Virus record (IMG/VR): IMGVR_UViG_3300011338_000371
Span: 15,274 to 79,273 of that record
Direction: 5' to 3' (one strand)
DNA: 64,000 nucleotides
Source of the DNA: a virus
Taxonomy: Duplodnaviria; Caudoviricetes
The notes beneath the pieces are model-generated. The model searched no databases. It was not told the DNA's origin and worked only from the letters and a program-made list of their open reading frames with translations. How positions within the stretch are numbered: the stretch's first letter is position 1; every line of letters starts with the position of its first letter. This document shows, piece by piece, positions 1 to 10,243 of the stretch. Made by a program: the position numbers and the translations under genes.

Positions 1-2
1 GT

Positions 3-224
3 TGGATTAAAATGCTAGACGATAGATACCAAAGAGGTCTATCTAAAAAACTTTACATACCTGCAGTAGTGCAGTACATGGATAACCAAATATTAGTACA
101 AAAACAAAACCACAAAAATTTATATGAATCCTTACAAAGAGTACATGGCCCTGAGCCTGAAGGGGCTAAAGAACTTGGACAAAGTCTTGCAGGGAGTAGC
201 AACGAAAACAGCGAATCAATTTAA
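3..224 (+). CDS. 3' end of a hypothetical protein that starts upstream of the window
   Basis: Frame open from the window edge (WIKMLDDRYQRG...) to TAA at 222-224; overlaps the next ORF by 101 nt. Confidence 0.45.
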   Translation, partial: WIKMLDDRYQRGLSKKLYIPAVVQYMDNQILVQKQNHKNLYESLQRVHGPEPEGAKELGQSLAGSSNENSESI

Positions 225-501
225 GCTACTAAGTGATGAGAAACAGAACATTATCGCAGAAAGAATGGATATTTGTATCAAGTGTCCCTACAATTCAGCA
301 AACGCAGTCACTTCCCCTGAGTACTTACAACTTACGGGCAAACACTACGTCACCTCAAGGTCAGAGCTACACTGTTCGTTTTGTGGTTGCGTCTGTACCT
401 ACAAAACAGCGTCTCTTTCTTCGGATTGCGGAATAGAGACTTGGAATGCGGAACACCCCTTACATAAAATAGATTTAAAATGGAAAAGCACAGACAAGTA
501 A
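124..501 (+). CDS. Hypothetical Cys-rich, probably zinc-binding protein
   Basis: 125 aa ORF with CIKCP, HCSFCGCVC and SDCG cysteine clusters; upstream of the terminase. Confidence 0.7.
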   Translation: MNPYKEYMALSLKGLKNLDKVLQGVATKTANQFKLLSDEKQNIIAERMDICIKCPYNSANAVTSPEYLQLTGKHYVTSRSELHCSFCGCVCTYKTASLSSDCGIETWNAEHPLHKIDLKWKSTDK

Positions 502-623
502 CAAAAGTAACAAAGTCAACTATTAAGAATAGTTGCGACAAACGCCCTGGCAGCAAGTGTGGAGTTCAAATCTACTTCTTGCCTGCTGACAAACCTTTAA
601 CACAGGTTTCTTCTAAAAAATAA
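480..623 (+). CDS. Small hypothetical protein, 47 aa (not in the ORF track)
   Basis: ATG 480 to TAA 621-623, MEKHRQVTKVTKSTIKNSCDKRPGSKCGVQIYFLPADKPLTQVSSKK; fills the gap and ends 1 nt before the next ATG. Confidence 0.5.
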   Translation: MEKHRQVTKVTKSTIKNSCDKRPGSKCGVQIYFLPADKPLTQVSSKK

Positions 624-624
624 G

Positions 625-831
625 ATGATGGACAACCAACCAAATACCAGTCAGCCTTATGTATCTGCTACAATCCAAGATAACTTATTTGAATCATTTA
701 AGATTTTCTGGAAAGCAGGTTACTCTTATAGTAAGACAGGTAGAGACGAAGACTTCTATGCACGTGTGCTAGAGGACGCTATGAATCTACCACAACATGA
801 ATTTCTAAAAAAGTACTCAGATGGCCGTTAA
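625..831 (+). CDS. Hypothetical protein
   Basis: 68 aa ORF tightly packed between neighbours. Confidence 0.6.
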   Translation: MMDNQPNTSQPYVSATIQDNLFESFKIFWKAGYSYSKTGRDEDFYARVLEDAMNLPQHEFLKKYSDGR

Positions 832-1138
832 GAAGAATAGTTATGTAGACTTCGAGTTAGAATGGCTGCAGGAAAAAGCAGACCAACTAAAGACGTATGT
901 AGACAATAATCCTTTTCACGAGTTAGTCGACAGACTTGCTTGGAAATCTACAGCTAATGGCGGACAGATGCCTTTGGTAGTAGCAACTATTGAGGCACAG
1001 ATAAAGTCCCTTACTCAAGCGTTAAAAGATTACGCTCAAATTATTGAGGTAATAGATAAGCTGAGAGAGAAAGAAGAACAGAAAGCAGAAGCTAGAGGTT
1101 CTCAAGAGATCAATGGTAAGATGAAACAATTTAGTTAA
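821..1138 (+). CDS. Hypothetical helical protein, possible terminase small subunit
   Basis: 105 aa, coiled-coil-like, directly upstream of the large terminase; function by position only. Confidence 0.45.
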   Translation: MAVKKNSYVDFELEWLQEKADQLKTYVDNNPFHELVDRLAWKSTANGGQMPLVVATIEAQIKSLTQALKDYAQIIEVIDKLREKEEQKAEARGSQEINGKMKQFS

Positions 1139-1143
1139 TAGTT

Positions 1144-3153
1144 ATGTATCCAAATCTAGAAAGTCCTGAATTCCTAATCAACGTACACAGTCTCCCTGAA
1201 CCTGATTCAGAGGAGTATACTGCGTTTTGGGAAAACGAGGACAAGAAGATTACAGAGGGTGTGACTATTAATGGATTCTACTTTTCTCCTTTTATTTATT
1301 GGCACTTAAACTACTGGTCTATTTATATAGACACTATGATAGGTAAGCGTCAAGTTCGTAAACTAGATAAGCCTCAGTTATGGGACACCTACTTAGCAGT
1401 AGACGAAACTATCCACAAAGCTGAAAACCACGAAGACGGAAAGAAGGGTGTTGTAATGGTAGGATCTCGACGTATCTCTAAGTCAGTTCTTACTTCTTCT
1501 TACATGGCTCACAAAGCTGTTACACAGAAAGGATCTGACAATCTTATTTCTGCCCTTAACCAACCTGACTTAAAAGTAATCACAGACTACGTAGACTTAG
1601 GTCTTAGAAACCTTCCTGACTACTTTAGATTCCCCCGTATTGAGGATGACTGGAAGAAGCAGGTAACTTTAGGTTTTAAAGACAAAAAGACTAACGCTCG
1701 TAACGAATGGTCTAAGTTCCACGTTCGTAACTTTGACGAAGGCAATAATACGGAAGCTGCAGCAGGTCTTACTTTGTCTTCGTTTCTTTTGGAAGAAGGA
1801 GGAAAGGGAAAGATCCTTAGTTGTTTAGCGGCAACTACTCCGTGTTTTGACAGTCCTTATGGATGGCGTTGTTCTCCTTTTGTTATTGGAACTTCGGGAG
1901 ACATGAGTAAAGCTGCTGACCTAGAAGAATTATTTAATAACCCAGAAGCTTATAACTTCCTTCCTGTTGAAGCTAACGAGTCAGGAAAGTCTTATGGATT
2001 GTTCATTCCAGGCACACGTTCTTTGAAAGTACCAAAAGAAGAAAAGTCTTTAGGTCTTTATCTAGGCAAAGAAGATCCTTCTGAGTTAGATCTAATTAAG
2101 ATCTGGGTAGCAGACGAAGAAAAAGGAAAAGAACAGATCCTTAAGTCTAGGGAACAGATTAAAAAATCTAGTGGATTAGAAACTTACTTGAAAGAAGTAA
2201 TGTACTACCCACTTACTCACGAAGAGTGTTTCTTAGAACTTTCTCAGAATATTTTCCCCGTAGACCTACTTCAAGAACAGTTACAAAAACTAACAGCTCA
2301 AGAGATCGTAGCAGATAACGTAGAACTCTACACAAACTCTGAAGGAAAGATCAGACATAAGTTTACAGATAAGAAAGCCGTTACAGCCTTTCCAGTGAAG
2401 CCAACTGATAACATTGAGGGTTGTGTACAGATTTGGGAATATCCTGTCTCAGACGCTCCCTATGGGCTTTATACAGCAGGAACTGACCCATATAAACAGT
2501 CACAAGCTCACTACTCAACTTCTTTGGGTTCTACTTACATCTATAAAAGAGTTCATAATCTCTCAGGTGAGGGTTGGCAGAACATGGTAGTTGCTTGTTA
2601 CACAGGTCGTCCTAAAAAGATTGAGACTTGGTACGAGACCACTAAGATGCTTCTTAAGTATTATAATGCTAAGACTCTTTGTGAAAACATGGACTATGGT
2701 TTTATCCAACACTGTGTAGATAAAAACGAATCACCTAGAGTCCTAGAGAAGACACCTAAGTTCCTAAACGATATTCACCCTAACTCTACAGTTAATCGTG
2801 ACTACGGTATTCACATGACTAAGGATATTAAAAACTATCTAATGTCACTTATTATCGAATACATTACCGAAGTAGTAAGCGTAGAACGAGGAGAGGACGG
2901 AGAGATTATAAACGAAAGACTTGGAGTAACTAGAATCTTAGATCCTGTGTTGATTAAGGAATTAATCAAGTTCACACCTAAGTTGAACGTTGACCGAGTA
3001 ATCTCTTTTGGATTGACATTAGCTATGGCTAAGTCTTTAAACACTCAGGTTATTATTTCTAACACAAATGACGACAACAGAATCAACGCTTACTTCAGAG
3101 AGAAGAAAGGACAATCACTATTCCGTACAACCTCTTCTCCTTTCAGATACTAA
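1144..3153 (+). CDS. terL: Terminase large subunit (crAss-like)
   Basis: Walker A-like GSRRISKS, Walker B-like FLLEEG, C-terminal nuclease motifs AGTDPY, CENMD and DRVISFGL; followed by the portal gene. Confidence 0.93.
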   Translation: MYPNLESPEFLINVHSLPEPDSEEYTAFWENEDKKITEGVTINGFYFSPFIYWHLNYWSIYIDTMIGKRQVRKLDKPQLWDTYLAVDETIHKAENHEDGKKGVVMVGSRRISKSVLTSSYMAHKAVTQKGSDNLISALNQPDLKVITDYVDLGLRNLPDYFRFPRIEDDWKKQVTLGFKDKKTNARNEWSKFHVRNFDEGNNTEAAAGLTLSSFLLEEGGKGKILSCLAATTPCFDSPYGWRCSPFVIGTSGDMSKAADLEELFNNPEAYNFLPVEANESGKSYGLFIPGTRSLKVPKEEKSLGLYLGKEDPSELDLIKIWVADEEKGKEQILKSREQIKKSSGLETYLKEVMYYPLTHEECFLELSQNIFPVDLLQEQLQKLTAQEIVADNVELYTNSEGKIRHKFTDKKAVTAFPVKPTDNIEGCVQIWEYPVSDAPYGLYTAGTDPYKQSQAHYSTSLGSTYIYKRVHNLSGEGWQNMVVACYTGRPKKIETWYETTKMLLKYYNAKTLCENMDYGFIQHCVDKNESPRVLEKTPKFLNDIHPNSTVNRDYGIHMTKDIKNYLMSLIIEYITEVVSVERGEDGEIINERLGVTRILDPVLIKELIKFTPKLNVDRVISFGLTLAMAKSLNTQVIISNTNDDNRINAYFREKKGQSLFRTTSSPFRY

Positions 3154-3178
3154 AACTAAATAAAACAAATATACTAAG

Positions 3179-5632
3179 ATGATCATTGAAGCACTTAAAG
3201 AGTACACAGATCCAGTAAATCACGCTTACTTCTACCCAGAGCAGTTTATATCTCTGTCTGAGAAGGAAAAGGAACAATGGATTAAAGGTACTATGGACTA
3301 CTTTGCAAACATTGCTTTTGCACAGTACAAACAGAATATACAGTTTAGAAAAAACTACAGACTGTTGAACGGAGAGTTTAACTTCTCTGACTACACTAAC
3401 AATGCAGAGATCCAGGAATTGGTAAGTTATCTTAACGATACCCCTGATCAAGATCCAGATGTACCCCAGCATTTGAAGCATTATCCAATAGTTAACCCTC
3501 CTGTAAATCAGTTGAAGGGTGAGTTGATTAACCGTCCTCATAAGTATAAAGTAAAAGCTATTGACGATGAGGCAGTAAACGAGACTATTGATTTCCGTAC
3601 AGAGCTTATTAAAGAACATTTCTTAAAGAACCTTCAAGCACAATTAGAGGGTCAAGAAGTATCTCCTGAACAACAGGCTCAGATGGAGAAAGAAATCCAA
3701 GATAAAATTCTTGATTATACTTCAGTTGCGGAGGAATGGGGAAACAAAACTCTTAATGCGCTCAAGTATCATTTTAATTTTAGAGAGAAGTCACAACAAT
3801 CTTTCTTAGATTTCTTGGTAACAGGTAAAGAATTCCACCACTTCTATCCTGATAACTCTCGCTTAGGCTTTAGTTATAAAGTAGAAAACCCTTCTAACGT
3901 ATGGTACTTAGCAAATAGAAATGCTCAGTACTCTTCTGACTGTTGGGCAATAGGACTTATTGAAGTTCTTTCTATGACCGAGATTGTAGATCGTTACAGT
4001 CTAACAGGAGAAGAAGTAGAACATTTGAAGAATCGTTCTTTGCAGAACCTTCGTAATAACGAATACACTCCTATGGCTCCTGCTCTCCCAGATCCAAATG
4101 ATCCTCTATGGCAGTTGACTTTTGAGAACGTAGGTGACTTTGCTAACGGAGGTATTGATACTAACGTATTTTCTTTTAACTCTCAGCATGCCTACACAGT
4201 AATTACGGCTTATTGGCAGTCTAAAAAGAAAATCTACAAAAGAACCTATCTAGATGAGGATGGATTCCAACAAGAGATGTTTGTCTCTGAAGACTACAAG
4301 ATGGACAAAACCTTAGGTGATGTTAGCCTTGAAGAGCTTTGGATTAACGAATGGTGGAGAGGTATTAAGATTGGTGCAGACATTTATGTAAACATCGAAC
4401 CCCTAGAGTTCACTCAGAGTGCCCCTATCGTAGGTATTATTAACACTTCTAGAAACACACAAGGTAAATCTCTCTTAGATCTTCTTAAGCCTTACCAGGT
4501 TCTTTACAACATCTGTATGAACCAGTTGTGGGAATTGCTAGAGAAAGAGATTGGTGTTGTGTTCTTGGGTGACTTGAAAGTTGTGCCTAAGAAAGACTCT
4601 CAAGATCCTATCGAGACAATGCTTTGGAATGCTAAGAACAGAGGTACTCTTTTGATTGACACATCAATCGAAAACACAGGAGGAGCAGTACAGTTCAACC
4701 AGTTCTCTCGTTTGGACCTTACTCGTTCTCAAGAGATTCAAGCACGTATCCAATTAGCTCAGCAACTTCGTTTGGAGTCTTATGAGTTGGTAGGTCTTAC
4801 TCGTCAACGTCTAGGTAACTCTCAGGCATCTGATACAGCTACTGCTGCTAACAATGCTTTGATTCAGTCTTTTGCTCAGACAGAGACTTGGTTTGCTTGG
4901 CATGATAACATCTTGCAGAAAGTTTACCAAACAATCTTGGATATGGCTCAGTACATTGAGTTGCAGAAACCTACTTCTACGCTTAACTACTTGAACTCCG
5001 AATTAGAGTCAGTATTCCTAAGAGTAAGTAAGAACGAACTTCTTCACGAGTTGTTTGTGTTTGTTTCTTCTTACGCTGAGGATAAAGTAACCCTAGAACA
5101 GTTGAAGCAGTTGGCTCAACCTGCAATGCAGAATGGAGCAGAGCTTTCAGAGATGGTAGACTTGTTTACAGCTAACTCAGAAAGAAGTCTTCGTAAGACT
5201 TTAGGTGATGTTCAGAAACGTAAAGAAGCTATTCGTCAACAAGAACAAGCCCTTAAGCAACAACAGTTGGAGCAACAACAAGCACAGTTTGAACAGAAGA
5301 TGCAGATGGATGCAGCTCAGAAAGCAGAAGACGCACGCAGAGAAGATATGAACAAACAGCTTGATCGTGAGAACAGACTTCAGGTAGTACAACTTCAAGG
5401 TATTGCTAACGAAGGTTCTTATAATCCTGAGGTAGATACTACAGGTCTCTTGATTCAGCAGACTAAAATAGCTCAAGATATTTCTAAGCAAACTTTTGAG
5501 AAAGTAACTAAGAATAAAGAGTTAAGTCTGAAAGAAAAAGAGCTTGCACTGAAAGAGAAAGACATCGACACTAAATTAAAAATTGCTCAAACAAATAAAA
5601 ATAAATACGATTCAGGCTCAAAAAAGAAATAA
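3179..5632 (+). CDS. Portal protein (crAss-like)
   Basis: 817 aa immediately after TerL; LKHYPIVNPPVNQLKGE and EELWINEWWRGIKIG segments; long Q/K-rich C-terminal coiled coil. Confidence 0.9.
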   Translation: MIIEALKEYTDPVNHAYFYPEQFISLSEKEKEQWIKGTMDYFANIAFAQYKQNIQFRKNYRLLNGEFNFSDYTNNAEIQELVSYLNDTPDQDPDVPQHLKHYPIVNPPVNQLKGELINRPHKYKVKAIDDEAVNETIDFRTELIKEHFLKNLQAQLEGQEVSPEQQAQMEKEIQDKILDYTSVAEEWGNKTLNALKYHFNFREKSQQSFLDFLVTGKEFHHFYPDNSRLGFSYKVENPSNVWYLANRNAQYSSDCWAIGLIEVLSMTEIVDRYSLTGEEVEHLKNRSLQNLRNNEYTPMAPALPDPNDPLWQLTFENVGDFANGGIDTNVFSFNSQHAYTVITAYWQSKKKIYKRTYLDEDGFQQEMFVSEDYKMDKTLGDVSLEELWINEWWRGIKIGADIYVNIEPLEFTQSAPIVGIINTSRNTQGKSLLDLLKPYQVLYNICMNQLWELLEKEIGVVFLGDLKVVPKKDSQDPIETMLWNAKNRGTLLIDTSIENTGGAVQFNQFSRLDLTRSQEIQARIQLAQQLRLESYELVGLTRQRLGNSQASDTATAANNALIQSFAQTETWFAWHDNILQKVYQTILDMAQYIELQKPTSTLNYLNSELESVFLRVSKNELLHELFVFVSSYAEDKVTLEQLKQLAQPAMQNGAELSEMVDLFTANSERSLRKTLGDVQKRKEAIRQQEQALKQQQLEQQQAQFEQKMQMDAAQKAEDARREDMNKQLDRENRLQVVQLQGIANEGSYNPEVDTTGLLIQQTKIAQDISKQTFEKVTKNKELSLKEKELALKEKDIDTKLKIAQTNKNKYDSGSKKK

Positions 5633-5657
5633 AACTAGAGATTTATGATACAAAAAT

Positions 5658-5690
5658 TGGGGGTTTTCTAGCCTAAAAACCCCCATTTTT
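5658..5690 (+). terminator. Intrinsic terminator after portal
   Basis: Stem TGGGGGTTTT 5658-5667 / AAAACCCCCA 5676-5685, then T5. Confidence 0.8.
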
Positions 5691-5728
5691 AACTTTTTGT
5701 ATATATTGTATCATATCTACTTAATCTC

Positions 5729-5758
5729 TTGTGTTAATTTTTAAAAATATTACTTTTG
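5729..5758 (+). promoter_or_regulatory. Bacteroidota housekeeping-sigma promoter for the scaffold-capsid operon
   Basis: TTG 5729-5731, 19-nt spacer, TACTTTTG 5751-5758 (TAnnTTTG -7 box). Confidence 0.75.
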
Positions 5759-5779
5759 AATTAAACCAAACTAACCATT

Positions 5780-6919
5780 ATGCCTATTGACAGTTCATTA
5801 GAGAACTTAGAGTTCTTTGACAGTTTTTCCGTGGATGATCCTCTAGATTTAGATGATAATACTCCACAAGACCCTAACGCAAACGTCAAGCCTGACATTC
5901 TAGGTGGTGAGGATTTCGATCCCCTAGCCGAAGAAGAGGAAGACGACTTACCAAATCCCCCTGCTCCTAAAGCTCCTGAACCTGTAGAAGAGGAAGAGGA
6001 AGAAGAAGAGGAGGAGGAAGTAGATTTGGAAGGTGACGATGATGAAGAAGAAAACTACTTTGAAATCTTTGGTAAAGGATTAGCTAAAGCAGGAATGCTT
6101 GATGTAGCTGACGACGAAGATATCGAGTGGAACGAACAAACGTTCTTGGCTAAGATGAGTGAAACCATCGAAGACCGAGCTTGGAATCAGTTAGAGGAAA
6201 TGGCAGTAGAAACCTACGGAGAAGCAGGAGTACAGATGATCGAAGATATCTTCATCAATAAAGTCCCTGTTCAAGAATACCTCCAACGATTTGCTAATGA
6301 GCAGATTGTAGAGAATGTAGACTTGAGTGTAGAAGAAAACCAAGAAAGAGTTTTCCGCTTATACCTAGCTAAGACAGGAATGGATGAAGATGAAATCCAA
6401 GATCAACTTAACTACGCTAGAGACAATGATCGCTTAGAAGCATACTCTCAGAAGTATCACGTAAAACTGATTGAGAAGATGCAACAGGAAAGAGCAGCAC
6501 TTGCACAAGAGAGTGAAGCACGAGTACAAGCGATGAGACAGAAAGAAGAAGAAAGAGAACAGTTATATGCAGATGTACTTGATGGAGCTATTGCTTCAGG
6601 GTCTATCGAAGGATACCCAATCAACGAACAAGCTGCAAGTGAACTTTTTGATTTTGTTCTTTCTAAGCCTCACGTTCTTCCTAACGGACAACGTATTAGT
6701 GACTTTGAATACAAACTCGCTAAAATGCGTCAGGAAGATCCAAGTAAGTTCTTAGCTGTAGCTAAACTTGTTCAAAGCGATTTGGACTTGACTCCAGTAA
6801 AAAGGAAAGCTGTAACAGAGGAAACAAACACTCTGTTCAACGACCTTAAAACCAAAAGTAAAAAATCAACGAAGGCAGCGAAGTCTAACGATGACCTGTT
6901 TTCTAGATATTTTAAATAA
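5780..6919 (+). CDS. Acidic head scaffolding-like protein
   Basis: 379 aa, D/E-rich N-terminus with poly-E run and helical C-terminus, between portal and major capsid protein. Confidence 0.7.
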   Translation: MPIDSSLENLEFFDSFSVDDPLDLDDNTPQDPNANVKPDILGGEDFDPLAEEEEDDLPNPPAPKAPEPVEEEEEEEEEEEVDLEGDDDEEENYFEIFGKGLAKAGMLDVADDEDIEWNEQTFLAKMSETIEDRAWNQLEEMAVETYGEAGVQMIEDIFINKVPVQEYLQRFANEQIVENVDLSVEENQERVFRLYLAKTGMDEDEIQDQLNYARDNDRLEAYSQKYHVKLIEKMQQERAALAQESEARVQAMRQKEEEREQLYADVLDGAIASGSIEGYPINEQAASELFDFVLSKPHVLPNGQRISDFEYKLAKMRQEDPSKFLAVAKLVQSDLDLTPVKRKAVTEETNTLFNDLKTKSKKSTKAAKSNDDLFSRYFK

Positions 6920-6947
6920 AAAAACACAAAACAAAAAATAAATTACT

Positions 6948-8477
6948 ATGCCTAATCAAAGTATTCCAAGAGTCAACGGGAGAGTTATAGCTAACGCTCA
7001 CATGACAAGCTCATTCTATTCTAAGAATGGTTTGGGTAAATTGACAGACAAGAATTTTGTTGAAACTATGTTGCGCACTAAGCCTGACCAGTATGACAAA
7101 ATGATGATCCGTCTTTTCACTGACACCAAATTGTACAAAAACGACTTGGTAGACCTCGTTATGAAAACTGGTAAGCCTTTCATGGTTAACGATCCTAACG
7201 GTGTTTTCACTTACAAAATCAAGAAGCGGGCTGAATTGCCTAAGGTTATTGTTAACTTGGCTTCTTCTATTGCTAAGCCTGGTATTGACGGTCAAGAGTT
7301 CGAATTGGTATTTGACAAGAACGTATTCGTAACTAACGATATCGTTACTGCTCACCGCTACGAACAAGAAACCCAAATGCAGGTTGTTTCTGAAGGCGAA
7401 AAGTATCAGAACGGTTTCAAATACAAATTCCGTGCTGTAGGTGCTTCTTCTGCTGACTTCGTTAACCAACGTTTCTTGCAAGTAGGTACTGAGTACTTCA
7501 AGATTGGTAACATCTTGGGTGAGTACACCACTTCATTCTCTAGCTTGGGATTGTTCGATGGTAACTTGGAAGTTATGGCTGATGTATTGCAACAGTATGG
7601 TGTTGAACACACTATCACTGACTGGGCTGATGCAACCAAATTGGGTATGCAGTCTGACGCTTCAGGCAATCCTTTGGACATCACTTACTACTCTGTAACT
7701 GATCCTATGGCTCAAGGCGAAAAGACCAAGATTGTTGGTTGGGAGCCTACCGTATCTCGTTTGTTGCGTATGGAAATGATGCGTATGAAGGCTAACACAT
7801 TGATGTGGGGTCGTCAAGGTAACGCTAAAGATGAAAAAGGTCGTCCAACTCGTGCTAAGCAAGGTTTGTGGCAGCAACTTCACTTGGGTAACGTTATCTA
7901 CTACGATAAAGGTCAGTTCTCTTTGAACTTGATTCGTTCTGCAGTTGGTGACTTGTTCTACAACCGTGTATTGATTGCTGATCGTAGCGTTAAAATCTAC
8001 ACCAACCGTTCAGGTATGGAGTTGGCTTCTACTGCTATCCGCAAAGACTTCAACGGTCAGAACTTCACTGTATCTGCTGATAAGTTCTTGGATGGTAAAG
8101 AGCGCACTAAGCAAGGTTACGCTTTCCAATTCGATCACTTCATGACCACCGAAACTGGTCCTGTAGAATTCGTAGAATTGGAACAGTTGAACGAGCATGC
8201 TACTTTCTTGGAGTTGGGTCCTAACAAGAAGACTCCTCCAATCTTCATTATCTTGGACGTATCTGGTCAAGATGATGCTGGTATCCGTGAAGTAAAGTTG
8301 GCTACTCGTCCTAACATGTACTACCAGTACATTGCAGGTTCAGTAGGATTTGGTTCTCAGCAAACTGCTATCGCAAGCAAAGATCCTTATTCAACTTACA
8401 TCATGAAAGACTTCGCAGGTATCTTCTTGGAAGATCCTACTAAGACTGTGATCATCAAAGAATTCCCACGTATCTAA
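6948..8477 (+). CDS. Major capsid protein (crAss-like)
   Basis: 509 aa after the scaffold; strongly biased high-expression codons (TTG, CGT, GGT, AAC, TTC); A-rich leader; downstream hairpin. Confidence 0.9.
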   Translation: MPNQSIPRVNGRVIANAHMTSSFYSKNGLGKLTDKNFVETMLRTKPDQYDKMMIRLFTDTKLYKNDLVDLVMKTGKPFMVNDPNGVFTYKIKKRAELPKVIVNLASSIAKPGIDGQEFELVFDKNVFVTNDIVTAHRYEQETQMQVVSEGEKYQNGFKYKFRAVGASSADFVNQRFLQVGTEYFKIGNILGEYTTSFSSLGLFDGNLEVMADVLQQYGVEHTITDWADATKLGMQSDASGNPLDITYYSVTDPMAQGEKTKIVGWEPTVSRLLRMEMMRMKANTLMWGRQGNAKDEKGRPTRAKQGLWQQLHLGNVIYYDKGQFSLNLIRSAVGDLFYNRVLIADRSVKIYTNRSGMELASTAIRKDFNGQNFTVSADKFLDGKERTKQGYAFQFDHFMTTETGPVEFVELEQLNEHATFLELGPNKKTPPIFIILDVSGQDDAGIREVKLATRPNMYYQYIAGSVGFGSQQTAIASKDPYSTYIMKDFAGIFLEDPTKTVIIKEFPRI

Positions 8478-8492
8478 TTACGTTTCTAAGAA

Positions 8493-8516
8493 GGAGGGGG
8501 TGAAATATCCCCCTCC
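8493..8516 (+). terminator. GC-rich hairpin after the capsid gene (attenuator or mRNA-stabilising stem)
   Basis: GGAGGGGG 8493-8500 / CCCCCTCC 8509-8516; no U-tract follows. Confidence 0.55.
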
Positions 8517-8558
8517 CAATTAGATAAAAGTTAGAACTAAAACCAAAACCAAACCAAA

Positions 8559-9497
8559 ATGAGTAATAAATCAGCACAGGGAGTACGTATTATCCGTCCC
8601 TACAAAAAGCAACCTGCTAATTTGCGTACATTAGAAGGATCATTGTTTCAGAATGGATATAACTTTATCCCAGGAACAGTAAGAAAGTTTTTTCCACGAG
8701 TTGATTCACGTGGAGTAATTAGGACAGGATTAGATGAGAACTCTCCAAAGTTCCGTGGAATCCTAAACCTAGAAGCAAGAGAGCAAGAAATTCAACGAGT
8801 TACACAACTCCGAGAATACTACGAGTCTTTGTTAGACGAGTCACTAGCTCCAACAAGTACGTTCTATGACGAAATAAAAGAAAATGGCTATACCCTAGAA
8901 GATGGTGACAACCTCTTCAATATGGAGAATCCACGTGAAGCTATCAACTTCTACTGGCTCTTAGAGACAGAAATGGTTGCACCTTCATTGGATGATATAG
9001 ACAGTGGGAAAGTTGATACTTCTATTGTAAAGTTTTATGTTTACAATGGAGAAGTAGAAACTAAAACAACCTTTGAGCGTAAGAAGAGGATTAACAGCGC
9101 AATTGCAGAACTCGATAGAATGTCTGCTCTTAAGCGTAAGAAAATCCAGAAACTTATCGGCTTAGGTTTGCCTGCTGACAGTACTGAAGAAGAAGTTTAC
9201 AATGCAGTAGACGAATTCCTACGTACACCTGCTACAGCGATGGACCGTGATCCTATCGAAGAATTCACTAAGATTGTATCTTACAGTGATGATTTGTTGG
9301 ATGTAAAAGCACTGGTTAAAGATCTAGTAGACAAAAACATTGTTAGAATTAAAGGTTCTATTATTTATGAAGGTGAGCATGTGTGGTCTAAGTCAATTGA
9401 AGAGTTTGAACTTTTCTTGACTGATCCTAAGAACACTGAAGAATACCAAGCCTTTAAGGATAAACTAAAGAATAAAGCAAAGATTGACGCTCTATAA
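8559..9497 (+). CDS. Conserved crAss-like post-capsid protein of unknown function
   Basis: 312 aa directly after the major capsid gene; synteny of the crAss-like capsid module. Confidence 0.7.
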   Translation: MSNKSAQGVRIIRPYKKQPANLRTLEGSLFQNGYNFIPGTVRKFFPRVDSRGVIRTGLDENSPKFRGILNLEAREQEIQRVTQLREYYESLLDESLAPTSTFYDEIKENGYTLEDGDNLFNMENPREAINFYWLLETEMVAPSLDDIDSGKVDTSIVKFYVYNGEVETKTTFERKKRINSAIAELDRMSALKRKKIQKLIGLGLPADSTEEEVYNAVDEFLRTPATAMDRDPIEEFTKIVSYSDDLLDVKALVKDLVDKNIVRIKGSIIYEGEHVWSKSIEEFELFLTDPKNTEEYQAFKDKLKNKAKIDAL

Positions 9498-9518
9498 AAT
9501 AAAATAAACTAAGATAAC

Positions 9519-10235
9519 ATGATCCCTGTTGAGGAATTAATTTACGAATTCAAATTAACTTTAAACAAAGTTAATCGTCAGGATAACGTTGATATCCCGA
9601 TTGAAGACATCGTAGTTTACCTCAACAAGGCTCAAGTTAGTTGGATTAAAACTAAAATTAATCCTAACAACGTTTATAAGGTAGGGTACGATTCCATCAG
9701 AAAACGTATAGACGATCTTCAAATACTGAAGGAATCTAACGTTCCTCTGAGTGCAAACAAAACAAACGATCTCTTTCACATCGGATTTGATTGCCCTTTG
9801 AAAGATGCCGCAAATTATATGTTCTACATCTCGTCCTATGCAATAGCTAAGAAAGGAAAATGTTCTGAGCCAATTACAGTAGACTTGATTAGACATGGAG
9901 AACTTACTACTAAATATTTAGACGGAAATTACAACCCTTCGTTTGAGTGGAGAACAACGATAGCCACACTGGGGAATGATAATCTGACTGTCTACACAGA
10001 TGGTAAGTTTACGATTGACAAAGTATATGTTACATACTTACGTTACCCTAAGTCAATAGATGTCCAGGGCTACGTCAAGTTTGATGGAACTTCTTCTGTT
10101 AATCAAGACTCAGAACTCCCTGAGTATGCTAAATCTGACATTGTCGATTTAGCAGTAAAATTTGCAGCACAATCAAATGACAACCAAGCACAGGCTGTGT
10201 TTGCTGAAGATCGCTTAAACAAAAACTCTGAATAA
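9519..10235 (+). CDS. Tail ring / head-tail adaptor protein
   Basis: 238 aa; YLNKAQ near the N-terminus, YVTYLRYP and SELPEY...IVDLAV near the C-terminus; crAss-like synteny. Confidence 0.7.
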   Translation: MIPVEELIYEFKLTLNKVNRQDNVDIPIEDIVVYLNKAQVSWIKTKINPNNVYKVGYDSIRKRIDDLQILKESNVPLSANKTNDLFHIGFDCPLKDAANYMFYISSYAIAKKGKCSEPITVDLIRHGELTTKYLDGNYNPSFEWRTTIATLGNDNLTVYTDGKFTIDKVYVTYLRYPKSIDVQGYVKFDGTSSVNQDSELPEYAKSDIVDLAVKFAAQSNDNQAQAVFAEDRLNKNSE

Positions 10236-10243
10236 ATAAAACT

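Noticed and set aside
1144-3153. Intein in the terminase
   Set aside because: Ordinary length (669 aa) with no C...HN-[CST] splice or LAGLIDADG motifs seen.
5985-6020. GAA/GAG run as a tandem repeat element
   Set aside because: It simply encodes the poly-Glu tract of the acidic scaffold.
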